A DNA stretch of 63,496 nucleotides, filler included, from Octopus bimaculoides (lineage: Eukaryota): the NCBI RefSeq assembly GCF_001194135.2. It is 7 parts of 7 records of this genome, joined end to end, with 100 filler letters (N's around TTAATTAATTAA, not from the genome) between each part and the next. Parts side by side here need not be neighbours in the genome. Positions count along the whole stretch, not along the records: positions 24,185 to 38,060 come from NC_069010.1; positions 38,161 to 49,928 come from NC_068991.1; 5 more parts are not named here. One strand, written 5' to 3'. The notes below the pieces were generated by a model. The model was not told where the DNA came from and made no database searches. It saw nothing but the letters and a program-made list of their open reading frames with translations. The position numbers and the translations under genes are program-made. Within the stretch, counting starts at the first letter, position 1. Every line of letters starts with the position of its first letter. Below are positions 27,205 through 39,427 of this stretch, one piece after another.

Positions 27205-27857
27205 TATCTGTTTGCATGTTTGTCTATCTATCTATCTATCTATCTCTCTATCTGACTATCTGTCAGTCTATCTATTCTGACTGTCTGTCTATCTATCTGA
27301 CTATGTCTGTCTGTTCGTCTGACTATGTCTGTCTGTTCGTCTGACTATGTCTGTCTGTTCGTCTGACTGTCAGTCAGTCCATCTGACTATGTCTGTCTGT
27401 CCGCCTGCCTGTCTATCTGACTATGTCTGCCGCCTGCCTGTCTGACGATGTCTGTCTATCTATCTAATGCATCCGACTGTTTGTTGTCTATATCTTCTCC
27501 CTGACTATGTCTGTTTATCCATCTATCTGTCTGTCTTTCAACCTCTCTCTCTGTTTATCTATCTATCTATCTATCTATCTGTCTGTCTGTCTGTCTGCCT
27601 GTCTGATTATCAATCTGTCTGTCTGTCTGTCTGCCTGTCTGATTATCTATCTGTCTGCCTGTCTGATTATCTATCTGTCTGCCTATCTGTCTGTCTGTCT
27701 GTCTGTCTGATTATCTATCTGTCTGCCTATCTGTCTGTCTGTCTCTCTGTCTGATTATCTGATTATCTATCTATCTATCTATCTATCTATCCGACTGTTT
27801 GTCTATCTATCTGTTTATTTATCTATTTTATTATCTATCTATCTCTCCATCTATCTA
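27205..27857. repeat. Compound (CTAT/CTGT)n microsatellite in a RABGGTA intron
   Basis: Directly visible. Confidence 0.9.
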
Positions 27858-27881
27858 TGTGTACCTTGCTGTATTTTTCAG

Positions 27882-27970
27882 CTCAGAACTTAGTGCTGCC
27901 AAAACTGCCATTTTAGCAAAAGAGTTGGAAGCCATTCAGGAACTGCTGCAACTGGAGACTGAGAACAAAT
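27882..27970 (+). CDS. RABGGTA: RABGGTA exon, phase 2 to 1
   Basis: TTTTTCAG acceptor, GTTAGT donor. (N)SELSAAKTAILAKELEAIQELLQLETENK(W) resembles vertebrate CELSVEKSTVLQSELESCKELQELEPENKW as I recall it. Confidence 0.92.
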
Positions 27971-28856
27971 GTTAGTGGTGTTACTCACATGTTATTGTTG
28001 TTACTGCTGTTGTTATTGAAGTTTTTTTAGCCCTAGGTCAGCCATGATCCAGCAAACCATCTAAAATCAAAGATGTCCTAGCTGTAACCATTCAGTTGTT
28101 TATTCAGACACAGTATATCTAGGACTACATTATCTAATGTGTCTTTTGTTATTGTTTAGCCCAAGGTCCATTCTGATCGAGCAGGCCTATGATCAGAGAC
28201 GTCCCAGCTGTAACCATCTGCTTTTTTATTCAGACATTATATATCTAAGATTACATTGACAAAGAACCAAGACAATTAGTGATTTGTTGTGCCTGAGAAA
28301 ACCTGCCCAGCTAAAAAAAAAAAAAAACCATACCATCCTTCCCTTCCCCATTTCCCCCCCACAATCTACCCTCTACTCCTGCTCACCCTCACTACCACCA
28401 CTATATTACTCTTCCTCCATTCTCTCTCATGTACCTACTTGCTCAAAGTATGTCCCTATTGACTCCCTTCCCCCCACAATGTATCCTCCTTATAACCCCT
28501 CCCTCTACCAGAGCCCACACCTTATATTCGACCTTCCCCACCTTCCAGCTCCCATTCTCCTTTTGCAATCATTTGAACTCACAATCCCGCCCCCGCCCAC
28601 TCCACTTCCTTAAATTCACTATATACACCACCCTGTAACTCGGGTGTATGGCCCCTGTCCCCTCCCATCACATTTTTCTCTTTCCCTCCTCTTCCTCTGA
28701 AGTTGCCATTTTTCTCTTCTAATCCAAGACACCTTCTCTGTCCCTCAGTACTACTACTCCCCCCAGTTGAGGTGGGAGGGCTTGTCCTGTAAGTTACTTG
28801 GGTCTCACTGCTGCTGGTGCCACATAAAAAAAAGGGCACCCCTCACCATACAATCT

Positions 28857-29311
28857 TTAACTCTTTAGCATTCATATTACTTTGTCAAATGTAATCCTCT
28901 TTTATTCAGATTGTTTTGAATTAATCCTGCATTTATCTGGTAGCTTTGAGATTTTGATGATGATGATGACGATCATCATCATCATCGTTTAACGTCCACT
29001 TTCCATGCTAGCATGGGTTGGACGATTTGACTGAGGACTGGTGAAACCAGATGGCAACACCAGGCTCCAATCTAATTTGGCAGAGTTTCTACAGCTGGAT
29101 GCCCTTCCTAACGCCAACCACTCAGAGAGTGTAGTGGGTGCTTTTACGTGTCACCCGCACGAAAACAGCCACGCTCGTGCGGGTGACACGTAAAAGCGAC
29201 AATATATTTTTAGAAAGACATTGTATGAGAGGCCAGATCTGGCCAGTTTGAACATAAAATAGGTAGAATATTTTGGCTAAATCTGGCCAGTTGAAATGCT
29301 TAAGGGCTCAA
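28857..29311. mobile_element. TTAA-flanked piggyBac-like MITE with a nested RTE tail insertion
   Basis: Starts TTAACTCTTTAGCATTC and ends GAAATGCTTAAGGGCTCAA. An RTE tail is inserted at about 28975-29190. Fragments of the same repeat at about 24510-24620 and 26720-26780. Confidence 0.4.
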
Positions 29312-29469
29312 GTGGTAAATGTTCACAAGGGCATCCAGCCATAGAAACCATGCAAAAACAGATAGCAAACCTTGGTACAGTCTTCTGACTTGCCAGTCCT
29401 TGTCAAACCATCCAACCCATGCCAGCATGGAAAACAAACCTTCATGCTGTTGCTGCTGCTGATGATATG

Positions 29470-29630
29470 TGGCTGTGTGGTAAGTAGCTTGCATACCAAC
29501 CACATGGTTCCGAGTTCATTCCCACTGTGTGGCACCTTGGGCAAGTGTCTTCTACTATAGCCTTGGGTCGACCAAAGCCTTGTGAGTGGATTTGGTAGAC
29601 GGAAACTGAAAGAAGCCCATCATATATATG

Positions 29631-29667
<37 letters not shown>

Positions 29668-29895
29668 GTATATGTATGTGTGTGTATATGTTTGTGTGTC
29701 TGTGTTTGTCCCCCCAACATCGCTTGACAACTGATGCTGGTGTGTTTACGTCCCCCGTAACTTAGCGGTTCGGCAAAAGAGATCGATAGAATAAGTACTA
29801 GGCTTGCAAAAGAATAAGTCCTGGGGTCGATTTGCTCAACTAAAAAGCGGTGCTCCAGCATGGCCGCAGTCAAATGACTGAAACAAGTAAACGAG
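29470..29895 (+). mobile_element. tRNA-derived SINE with an internal TA/TG microsatellite
   Basis: GGCTGTGTGGTAAGTAGC (A-box-like) and GGTTCCGAGTTCATTCCC (B-box-like). Other copies at about 55580-55945 (-), 58660-58770 (-) and 63130-63496 (-). Confidence 0.7.
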
Positions 29896-29916
29896 TAATG
29901 TATTCCATGTTTTATT

Positions 29917-30395
29917 TCTGTTTAGCCCTAGGTCAGTGTTTATCCAGCAGGCCTATTTTATGATCAAAGATGTTTCAGCTATAACCCTCCTGTCTTTTAT
30001 CCAGTCATAGCATATCTAGGACTACAAGGTTTCATGTGCCCATCCTTTTCTGTTGTTGTTTAACCCCAAGTCAGTTCTGATCTAACAGACTATGGTCAAA
30101 GGTGTTCCAACTGTGACCATCATGTCATTCAGGCATAGTGCATTGAGGACTACATTATTTAACATCCCTTTTTTTGTTGTTTAACCCCAGGTTGTTCCTA
30201 ATCCAGCAGGCCTATGATCATAGATGCTCCAGCGATGACCACCTTACTTTTTATTCAGATGCTATGTATCTAGGACTACATTATTTAACATGTCCGCTCT
30301 TGTAATTGTTGCTTAGCCCTAAGTTAGCAGACCTATGATCAAAGATGTTTCAACTGTGACCATCCTTTGTTATATTGAGTCATAGTATATCTCTC
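29917..30395. repeat. Tandem array of an approximately 120-bp unit (4 diverged copies; 2 more at 28023-28260)
   Basis: Unit resembles TTGTTTAGCCCCAGGTCAG...CAGACCTATGATCAAAGATGTT...CTAGGACTACATTAT. Confidence 0.75.
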
Positions 30396-31696
30396 TGGCA
30401 CTCCTTTGGTTATGACGTCAAGGGTTCCAGTTGATCTGATCAATGGAACAGCCTGCTTGTGATACTAATGTGCATGTTGACGACTGGCACCCATGCCAAC
30501 GTCGTCTCCTTCATTGGACACGAAACTCAGCTTGCGAAGACTTATTGGGGCAAGCGAAAGCGAAATCGGGATGGCACCTGTGCCCAGCGTCGCCTTTCTG
30601 GCACTTGTGCCCGTGACATGTGTAAGGATTTTCGAGCGAGATCGTTGCCAGTGCCCCTGGACTGGCTCTTATGCGGGTGACACATAAAATACACCATTTT
30701 GAGCGTGGCCATTGCCAGTACCGCCTGACTGGCCTTCGTGCTGGTGGCACGTAAAAAGCACCCACTACATTCTCGGAGTGGTTGGCGTTAGGAAGGGCAT
30801 CCAGCTGTAGAAACTCTGCCAAATTAGATTGGAGACTGGTGTTGCCATCCGGTTTCACCAGTCCTCAGTCAAATCGTCCAACCCATGCTAGCATGGAAAG
30901 CGGACGTTAAATGATGATGATGATGATGTGGCTGAGCACTCTAGGCACATGTACCCTCAACATAGTTCTCAAGATTTGGCGTGACACAGAATGCAACTAG
31001 GCTGGCTCTTTGAAATACAAGTACTACTCATTTTTGCTAGCTGAGTGGACTGGAGCAACATGAAATAAAGTGTCTTGCTGAAGGACATTATGCGTCACCA
31101 TGAATTGAACTTACGACCTTATGATCATAAGCCAAATACCTCTAACCACTAAGCCATATACCTTCACCATAGTATAATATCATCATCATTGTTTAACGTC
31201 CACTTTCCATGCTAGCATGGGTTGGACGATTTGACTGAGGACTGGTGAAACCAGATGGTTACGCCAGGCTCCAATCTGATTTGGCAGAGTTTCTACAGCT
31301 GGATGCCCTTCCTAACGCCAACCACTCAGAGAGTGTAATGGGTGCTTTTACGTGTCACCGGCACAAAGGCCAGTGAGGCGGTACTGACAACGGCCACGCT
31401 CAAAATGCTGTATTTTATGTGCCATCCACACAAGAGCCAGTCCAGGGGCACTAATGTGGCCTTCCTTGTGTGTGTGTGTGTGTGTGAGTGAGTGAATGAG
31501 TTCATATTCCTCTTTGTCTTCGTGTGTGTGTGTTTGTTGCTTGTAATTCTAACCCAATGGGCCATGCAAGCAAACACACATGCTCATACATACATTACAA
31601 AAAAGAGACGGTGAGAGATTTCATTAAGTTGATATGTATGAAATAAAAAAAAAAAGAAAAACCTTTTTAAGCCTATTTTCTTTATTTACCTTCCAG

Positions 31697-31825
31697 GGGC
31701 CATGTTGACTGTTGTGCAGTTGATGCAAGCATTGAATTCACAGCGCTATAGTGCAGACATGAATAACTATCTAAACACTCTGAGACAAATTGACCCCAAA
31801 CGAGACAATTACTACAAGGACTACA
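31697..31825 (+). CDS. RABGGTA: RABGGTA exon, phase 1 to 1
   Basis: CCTTCCAG acceptor, GTAAGT donor. Reads (W)AMLTVVQLMQALNSQRYSADMNNYLNTLRQIDPKRDNYYKDY. Confidence 0.92.
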
Positions 31826-32534
31826 GTAAGTTTATCCCAGTCATAGTAAATTGAGGCACACACCTGTGGGGTAGGAGTGTGGCCCATCCCACCTTCAATT
31901 TCTTTTCATTTTGTCTTTCAATTTTTGTTGTTTTTTCTTTGTGTTACTCAGTTTTTTCGTTTTGTTTTTGTTTTTTTTAAGCAAGCAGGTATTGGTATAG
32001 TTGTGGGTTTAAGAAATGTGCTTCCCAACCATAAGGTTTGAACTTTGAACTTTGACCCCCCCCCCCCTACATAGTAGAGGACACTTGCCCAAGATGCTAC
32101 AGTGGGACTGAANNNNNNNNNNCCCCCCCCCCCCTACATAGTAGAGGACACTTGCCCAAGATGCTACAGTGGGACTGAACCTGGAACAATGTGGTTGAGA
32201 AGCAAACTTCTTATCACACAGGCCACACCTGGCAAACTTTAGGTTACTTCAAAAATATGTTTGTGACATGTTTTGACTTCTAAAGGTAGATTCGTTACTG
32301 TTACCATGGAGTAAAAGTATTCAGATTCTCAGACATGATTCTAGCTATAATCCAGTAAGGGGTAGCACTGGGTAGATATGGTGTTAATACACCTTTTTTA
32401 CCATATGAGAGAATTTTTTTTCTCCACAGTAACTGCAGTAAATTTACATTTGGAAGTTGAAAGATATCACAAGCATATTTTAACTAACCTAAAGTTTGTT
32501 TATGCCTAAACACTGTTTAGCAATGGTACTGCTG

Positions 32535-32875
32535 AATATATATATATGCTGAGACCCCACTTCGGTCATAACTGACCATGAGATTGCACCTAGGAAGTTA
32601 CCCTCTCAGACACAGGTCCAGGCAAGGTTATTTTATGGAAGACCAGTAGTCGCCCATGCATACCGGCCTCCCCTCTCCACGCCACCAGTGTTATCCAAGG
32701 GAAAGGCAAAGGGGCTGATACAGCTTGGCACCTGTGACGTTGCAACTCATTTCTACAGCTGAGTGAACTGGAGCAATATGTGAAGTGTCTCGCTCAAGAA
32801 CACAACACACAGCCCGGTCTGGGACAACCTCCCGATCGTAAACTTGATGCTCTGACCACTGAGCCATGTGCCTTC

Positions 32876-32878
<3 letters not shown>
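32535..32878 (-). mobile_element. tRNA-derived SINE (second family)
   Basis: Minus strand starts GTGAAGGCACATGGCTCAGTGGTCAGAGC (A box). A related head lies at about 30930-31150. Confidence 0.6.
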
Positions 32879-32910
<32 letters not shown>

Positions 32911-33203
32911 TGAGGGTAGAAATTGATATTAATCAATTAAAACCAGTGGTCTAGAATATTAAAAAATCCGAGGATTAAAATNNNNNNNNNNTTACATACA
33001 AAAATAAGAGGAATGACCAGCAAATGTGGATTCCTATATGCTAGAAATAGATGCCGAATCATCTAACCACGAAAAAAATATGTTCTCAGTAGAAAATTTA
33101 GCAACACATTTTTTTCGTGGTTAGATGATTCGGCATCTATTTCTAGCATATAGGAATCCACATTTGCTAGTCATTCCTCTTATTTTTGTATGTAATATAT
33201 ATG

Positions 33204-33237
<34 letters not shown>

Positions 33238-34350
33238 ATAAAAGAATATCATTTGAAGAGGAAGATGAAAGTAGAGAATGATGCTGTTGCCTTCAAATGA
33301 ATTTATTGAAAGGTAGATGAGAGTGGGAAAACCTGCAAGGCCAAATGGGCCTACTCTAAATGTGCTTTGCTAAGGAATGAACTGGAAGAGAGCTCTTTCA
33401 ATGTAGGGGTTTCCCCCAGATTACCCTAAGTGGACTACCCCGCTATTGGAGATCCTATATATTTATTTTTCTGAATCCTATTTTGGGATCTCTTGTTATA
33501 TCCTTATTTTTATCTTCTTTTGATTGCATTTTATTTCATGTTTTGATATATAGTCTTTAATGTCTTGGGCCCTTCTGGGCAATAAAAAAAAAAATCATCA
33601 TTATTTTTATCATTATTCCATCAAGGTCAACTTGGTCTCTGAAATCGACTTCAACTGTTCCCCCAAAATTGCTGGCTTTGTGCTAAAATTCGAAGGTGTT
33701 TATTATTCATCATCATACATCTGTTGTCCATGCTGGCGTGGATTGGACAGTTCGATAATTATTATGAGTTTTGTATGTTTGACTGTAAATGTAACTAGAC
33801 ATAAACAACGACAATCTCTTCTGGATGAGAGCAGATCCTCAGAGGCCAACTTATAAAACCTGGCTCTTTGTCCCTGCTTCTCAGGTTCTCAAACCAAGCA
33901 GATAAGGTTCTGTTAGGGCACTCGACAAGCATTGCTACAGATTGAGGAACTCTATGATGGAAGTTATGCGTTTGATTGGTGCACCATCATCATCATCATC
34001 ATCGTTTAACGTCCGCTTTCCATGCTAGCATGGGTTGGACGATTTGACTGAGGACTGGTGAACCAGGGTGGCTACACCAGACTCCAGTCTGATTTGGTAT
34101 GGTTTCTACAGCTGGATGCCCTTCCCTAATGCCAACCACTCCGAGAGTGTAGTGGGTGCTTTTACGTGCCTAAGGCAGTGAGCTGGTGGAATTGTTAGCA
34201 TGCGGGGCAAAATGCTTTGTGGCATTTCATCTGTCCTTACATTCTGAGTTTAAATGCCACTGAGGTCAATAAAATAAGTACCAGCTGGACACTGGGGGTC
34301 ATTGCAATCGACTTACCCCCTCTTCCTAACTTGCTGGTTTTGTGCCAAAA

Positions 34351-35178
34351 TTATTATTATTATTGTTAAGTAGTTTTATTTTTATAACGTGCTTTCACTG
34401 CACTACCGAGCGCAGCTCTGTGTGCCTTGGGTATGTGCTGTGGTTTGCTGTGATGCTCTTATGGTTACTGTATTGAAAGTGTTTTGCCTAGGATGTGTGC
34501 AGTGCCCAGTAGTGCTATTTTCTGTATGTTATATATATTTGTAAGTCCTGGTGTTTTTGTTATGTATTTGTCTGAATAATTTTTTTATTATACCTAAGGC
34601 ACCTACTATGATAGGAATTGTTTCTGTTTTTAGATTCCACATTCGAGTTACCTCTATTTCCAGGTCTTTGTATTTTGAAAGTTTTTCCATTTCTTTTAGG
34701 GAAACGTTGTCATCTGCTGGTATTGATACATCAATTAGAAAGCATTTTTTTTTCTTCATGATCTTTGACAACTATATCTGGTCTATTTGCCTTAATTTCT
34801 CTATCTGTGTGTGTGTGTGTTGTTATTATTATTATTATTATTATTCAGTAGTCTTATTTTTATCATGTGCTTTCACTGCACTACTGAGCATAGTTCTGTG
34901 TGTTCTATGGTTTGTTGTGATGCTCTTCTTTTTACTGTATTGAAGTGTTTTATGTAGGATGTGTGCAGTACCTAGTAGTGCTATTTTCTGTATGTTATAT
35001 ATATTTGTTAGTCTTGGTGTTTTTGTTATGTATTTGTCTGAATGTTTTTTTGTTTTTTTTTATCATACTAATGCGCCTCTTATGATAGTTGTTTCTGTTT
35101 TTAGACTCCACATTCAAGTTAACTCTATTTCCAGGTCTTTGTATTTTAAAAGTTTCTCCATTTCTTTTAGAGAAACTT
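34351..35178 (-). mobile_element. Two head-to-tail 3' fragments of an R4/Dong/Rex6-like RLE LINE, each with an (AAT)n tail
   Basis: ORF 34529-34771 (-) reads CFLIDVSIPADDNVSLKEMEKLSKYKDLEIEVTRMWNLKTETIPIIVGALG, a restriction-like endonuclease motif. Second copy at about 34823-35178. Confidence 0.75.
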
Positions 35179-35201
35179 TATTATTACCTTTTGTATTTCA
35201 G

Positions 35202-35474
35202 AAAGTAAAGTGACGATAGAAAATCAGATCAAATCCATGGGTGGTAGTCAAGCCAAACTTGTACTCAAGGGTCTTGACCTTTCTACAATGTATCATCTGG
35301 AGCATCTGGTATCACTGCAAGAGTTGGACCTGTCTTCTAACAATATTTCACATCTGCACACATTTGCCTATCTGCAGAGTGTGGAATCGCTAGATCTGGA
35401 CCACAACAAGATAAACTGCATTGAGGGCCTTGGACTTCTTCCTAATCTCACGCACCTCTCGATACGCCATAACT
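35202..35474 (+). CDS. RABGGTA: RABGGTA exon (leucine-rich repeats), phase 1 to 1
   Basis: TTTCAG acceptor. Reads (K)SKVTIENQIKSMGG...LQELDLSSNNISHL...LDLDHNKINCIEGLGLLPNLTHLSIRHN, followed by GTATCCTTG. Confidence 0.93.
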
Positions 35475-37262
35475 GTATCCTTGACTTATGTATCTACATA
35501 TTTTTGTTTTCATTCTCTCCTTTCATCATCATCATTCTGATGTCCACTTTTCCACACTTACATAAGTCCGACGGAATTGATTCTATGGTCAGATGCCTTT
35601 CCTGTTTCAAACCTTCACCTGTTTCCATGTAAGATAACATTTCCCCATCGGCAGGCCAAGTGAGACCTAAATCCAAGGCCTCTGCCAGGGGTGTAGCCAG
35701 CCCACTTATGCGTACCTTTCCTTCATTGGACACTAAACTCCGCTTGCGAAGACCTGTTGAGGCAAGTGAAATTGAAATTGAACTAAATTCGACGACTGGC
35801 ACCCATGCCAACGTCGTCTCCTTCATTGGACACGAAACTCAGCTTGCAAAGACTTATTGGGGCAAGCGAAAGCGAAATCGGGATGGCACCTGTGCCCAGC
35901 GTCGCCTTTCTGGCACTTACGCCTGCAGCATGTGTAAGGACTTTCGAGCGAGATCGTTGCCAGTGCCCCTCGACTGGCTCTTGTGTGGGTGGCACTTAAA
36001 ATACACCATTTTGAGCGTGGCCGTTGCCAGTATCGCCTGACTGGCCTTCATGCGGGTGACACGTAAAAGCACCTACTACACTCTCGGAGTGGTTGGCGTT
36101 AGGAAGGGCATCCAGCTGTAGAAACTCTGCCAAATCAGATTGGAGCTTGGTGTAGCCTTCGGGCTCCACCAGTCCTCAGTCAAATCGTCCAACCCATGCT
36201 AGCATGGAAAGCGGATGTTAAACGATGATGATGATGACCAGACATGACTTCACAGAAGATAGAAAAACAAACAACATTGCTTGCACTACAATGACACTTG
36301 TTTACAACTACCACACAAAGTCAGGACAAAGAGATAACACACATAAGCTTCTTTCAGTTTCCATTGACCAAATCTACTTACAAGGCTTTAGTCAATCCAG
36401 TGCTATAGTCTAAGCTACTTGCCCAAAGTGCAGTAGAGCAGCAGGCTTCCTACCACACAGTCATGCCTGCACCTGTGTGTGTTTGCCTCCTTGTCATCAC
36501 ATGATCATACACAAAGCCTTATTCGTTTCCAATAATCTGTGAAACCAGTTTGCTTGGAAACAGGTAATTCCTAATGGCAGGACTGACATATCATCATCAT
36601 CATCATCATCATTTAACGTCCACCTTTCCTGCTGGCATAGGTTGGGCAGTTTGTCAAGAGCCTGCACCATACTTCTGTGTCTGTTTTGGTATGGTTTTTA
36701 TGGCTGGATGCCCTTCCCAACACCAGCCACTCTACAGAGTGGACTGAGTGCTTTTTCCATGGCACCAGCATAGGTGGGGTTAATTTTGGCATGGTGGATG
36801 CCCTTTCAAATGCCAACCACTTTACAGTGTGGACTGGATGTTTTTTAAGTAGCCAGAGAAAATCTGCCTCAAATTAATTCCATCAGTCCCATGGAGAAAT
36901 GGTCTTTAAAATAATGATAGTGATGAGGGCATGTGTGTGTGTGCGTGTGTGCGTGCCTAGGTGAATAGTTTCATTCTGTAGGCTCTGACAAATTGCTGAG
37001 CAACAGATAATGGCCTTTGTTGATATTTTCCATTCAACAAATTGTTTAGTAGCTCTGTGCTTCCAAAGTCAAGTGTTATAAAAACTCTTTTACTTGAAAA
37101 AAACAGACAAGGGTTAGTGAAAGGAAAGGCATTTGGCCACACAACACCTCAATATGATGTATTCCTCTAACCCATGCTAGCATGGAAAATTGAACATAAA
37201 ATGAATGAATAAATTTACAATTTGATCACAGGTTGTTTTTCCTTAACCCATTTAAACCACAG
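35475..37262 (+). other. RABGGTA: U12-type GT-AG intron
   Basis: 5' site GTATCCTTG; branch site TTTTCCTTAAC at 37237-37247; AG at 37261-37262; no polypyrimidine tract between branch site and AG. Confidence 0.9.
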
Positions 37263-37426
37263 GCCTGTTGAAAGTTGATGATCTCCGACCACTCCAGTCC
37301 TGTGCGGCTCTGAAAGAACTCAATCTGGAAGGGAACACTCTCACGGAAGATGACACGGACTATCGGAATTCTGTACAACAGCTTCTGCCACAGCTGACGC
37401 ACATTGACAGCAACCCAATAAACTAA
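37263..37426 (+). CDS. RABGGTA: RABGGTA terminal coding exon
   Basis: (C)LLKVDDLRPLQSCAALKELNLEGNTLTEDDTDYRNSVQQLLPQLTHIDSNPIN then TAA. This is the final LRR plus LRR cap. Confidence 0.92.
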
Positions 37427-38160
37427 GACACTTGACAGACAAGAAGAAGCATCAGCAGCAAGTATGACATTAATTAGTCTTCAGAAAGGAAGAAAAACGT
37501 TGGATAATGTAACCCTAAATTTATGACTGATGTATAAAAGAAGAATGGTCGTTGTTGGTGGAGAATTGTATGTGCAAGTTGACCTATCCTGGAGCTAAAT
37601 AGAACCAGAAGTACAGTATTATTTACTTACATTGGCAACAAGGTCACAGGATCTCGGAATAAAATTCTGTATGTTGTTGTGGCTTTATCTTTCTTTTTCT
37701 TCTTTTCTCATTTCATACTTTAACTTGTCAACGTCTTACCTGCATTTTCCACTATCTCTCTCTCAATAGTGATTATTGTTTAGTCTTGCAAGTTACTCGG
37801 TAACACCACTAGTGTTAGTGTCATAAATTTAGGGTTACATTATCCAACGTTTTTCTTCCTTTCTGAAGACTAATTAATGTCATACTTGCTGCTGATGCTT
37901 CTTCTTGTCTGTTGATGTGTTTACGTCCCCGTCACTTAGCGGTTCAACAAAAAAGACCAATAGAATAAGTACTAGGCTTACAAAGAATAAGTCCTGGAGT
38001 CAATTTGTTCAACTAAAGGCAATGCTCCAGCATGGCTGCAGTCAAATGACTGAAATGTGTNNNNNNNNNNNNNNNNNNNNNNNNNNNNNNNNNNNNNNNN
38101 NNNNTTAATTAATTAANNNNNNNNNNNNNNNNNNNNNNNNNNNNNNNNNNNNNNNNNNNN

Positions 38161-38601
38161 AACAAAATTAGACAATACGACGCTGTACTACAGATGACAT
38201 CATTTGGAACCACAAGAGATTTAACTGAGGCAGTATTCATCCAAACTTTCAAGATCCAACCTCAGATTTATCATCGCATTGTCTCTCTACTACCTCTGTC
38301 AAATGAATCACCAAAATTGGCCTTTCATTATTTATAATCTGTACCTGTTTGTTTGGTTACAAAATAAAATACACAAGATGTGTTTCTGAATTACGTGTAT
38401 TTACTTTATATACATATGAGTTGAAAACTTTCTTCTAGCATTCCACTTAATGTCTATGTTCCATGCTGGCATGGATTGGAGAGTTATTAATGTAGAAATA
38501 CGGTATTGTAGCTACTAACAGTTGAGGGTTGCGTAGTCTACATGGCGTTTTTAGATTTCATTATTCTCTTTAACCTGGGCAACACCGGGTATTTCTACTA
38601 G
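38161..38601 (+). mobile_element. Helitron remnant (Rep fragment and 3' terminus)
   Basis: 38161 reads NKIRQYDAVLQMTSFGTTRDLTEAVFIQTFKIQPQIYHRI (cf. YNSAFQMTSFG...TFKIQGQVYHRIG). A GC-rich hairpin CCTGGGCAACACCGGG is followed by CTAG then T at 38598-38602. Confidence 0.7.
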
Positions 38602-39277
38602 TTTTTAATAAAAAAATCAAATGAATACCCTATTATATGTCCGAGGTCAAATTATTTATACATCATAAGTATGGAAGTAATTGGTGAAGCTGTTTTCGCC
38701 TGAAAAGTGAATATGCTCACATCTCTATTTTATATATTATATATACATACATATATATATACACATATATATATATATATATATANNNNNNNNNNNNNNN
38801 NNNNNNNNNNNNNNNNNNNNNNNNNNNNNNNNNNNNNNNNNNNNNNNNNNGTGTGGTGGCGTGATCTGGGAATGGTGTGGGATATGTGGGTGTAGGAGCA
38901 GGGGTGGGGTATGTGGGAGGGGTGTGGTTGGAGGGAGTATCAATGAAGAGAGAGGTGGGTAGGAGTAAAGAAAGGAAGTAGATGTCAGAGAAAGAGAGGA
39001 GAGGTGAGGTGGGTAGGAGTAAAGAGAGGAAGTAGGTGCCATGAAGAAAAGAGAGGAAGGGAGTCAGATGAAGAAAAGAGGGGAGTTGAGCCCATGTGGC
39101 ACAAGGGAGTGAAAAGAGAAGGTGTGTGTGTGTAAAATTAATATAAACCCACAAGATCCACTCCCTGGGAAGTTATTTTCTTTCACTCCTGGAAAATGTT
39201 ATATCTTTTCACGACATTTCTTTCCTGTTCTTTATTTGCATCTCAAGTATAATTTTTATGAATGCATTTCATTTTAG

Positions 39278-39427
39278 GATACTGTTGAATATGTTGTGTT
39301 TGGTAGTAATGTGGAAAAATGTAAGCTATGTAAAAATCTTAAAACTGCATCAACATCTCCTAAAAAGATTAATCGAGCCCAACAAACCAGACAACCTGAA
39401 GAGGTCAACCTTACTAAACAGGAACAG
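39278..39427 (+). CDS. Tandem CxxC-repeat exon, copy 1 (150 nt, phase 0-0), unidentified gene
   Basis: TTTTAG / GTGGGT. DTVEYVVFGSNVEKCKLCKNLKTASTSPKKINRAQQTRQPEEVNLTKQEQ. Confidence 0.7.

Noticed and set aside
30459-30858. Recurrent ORFs such as MPTSSPSLDTKLSL and THANVVSFIGHETQL (also 35660-36040)
   Set aside because: Alternative frames of the GC-rich RTE 3' region, repeated because the element is repeated.
32056-32179. Direct duplication of about 57 bp
   Set aside because: Identical copies flank a 10-N gap after a poly-C run; typical unmerged contig overlap.
35475-35632. C-terminal extension of the supplied ORF 35210-35632 (CILDLCIYIFLFSF...)
   Set aside because: Read-through past the U12 donor into intron and RTE repeat; the real continuation is the exon at 37263.
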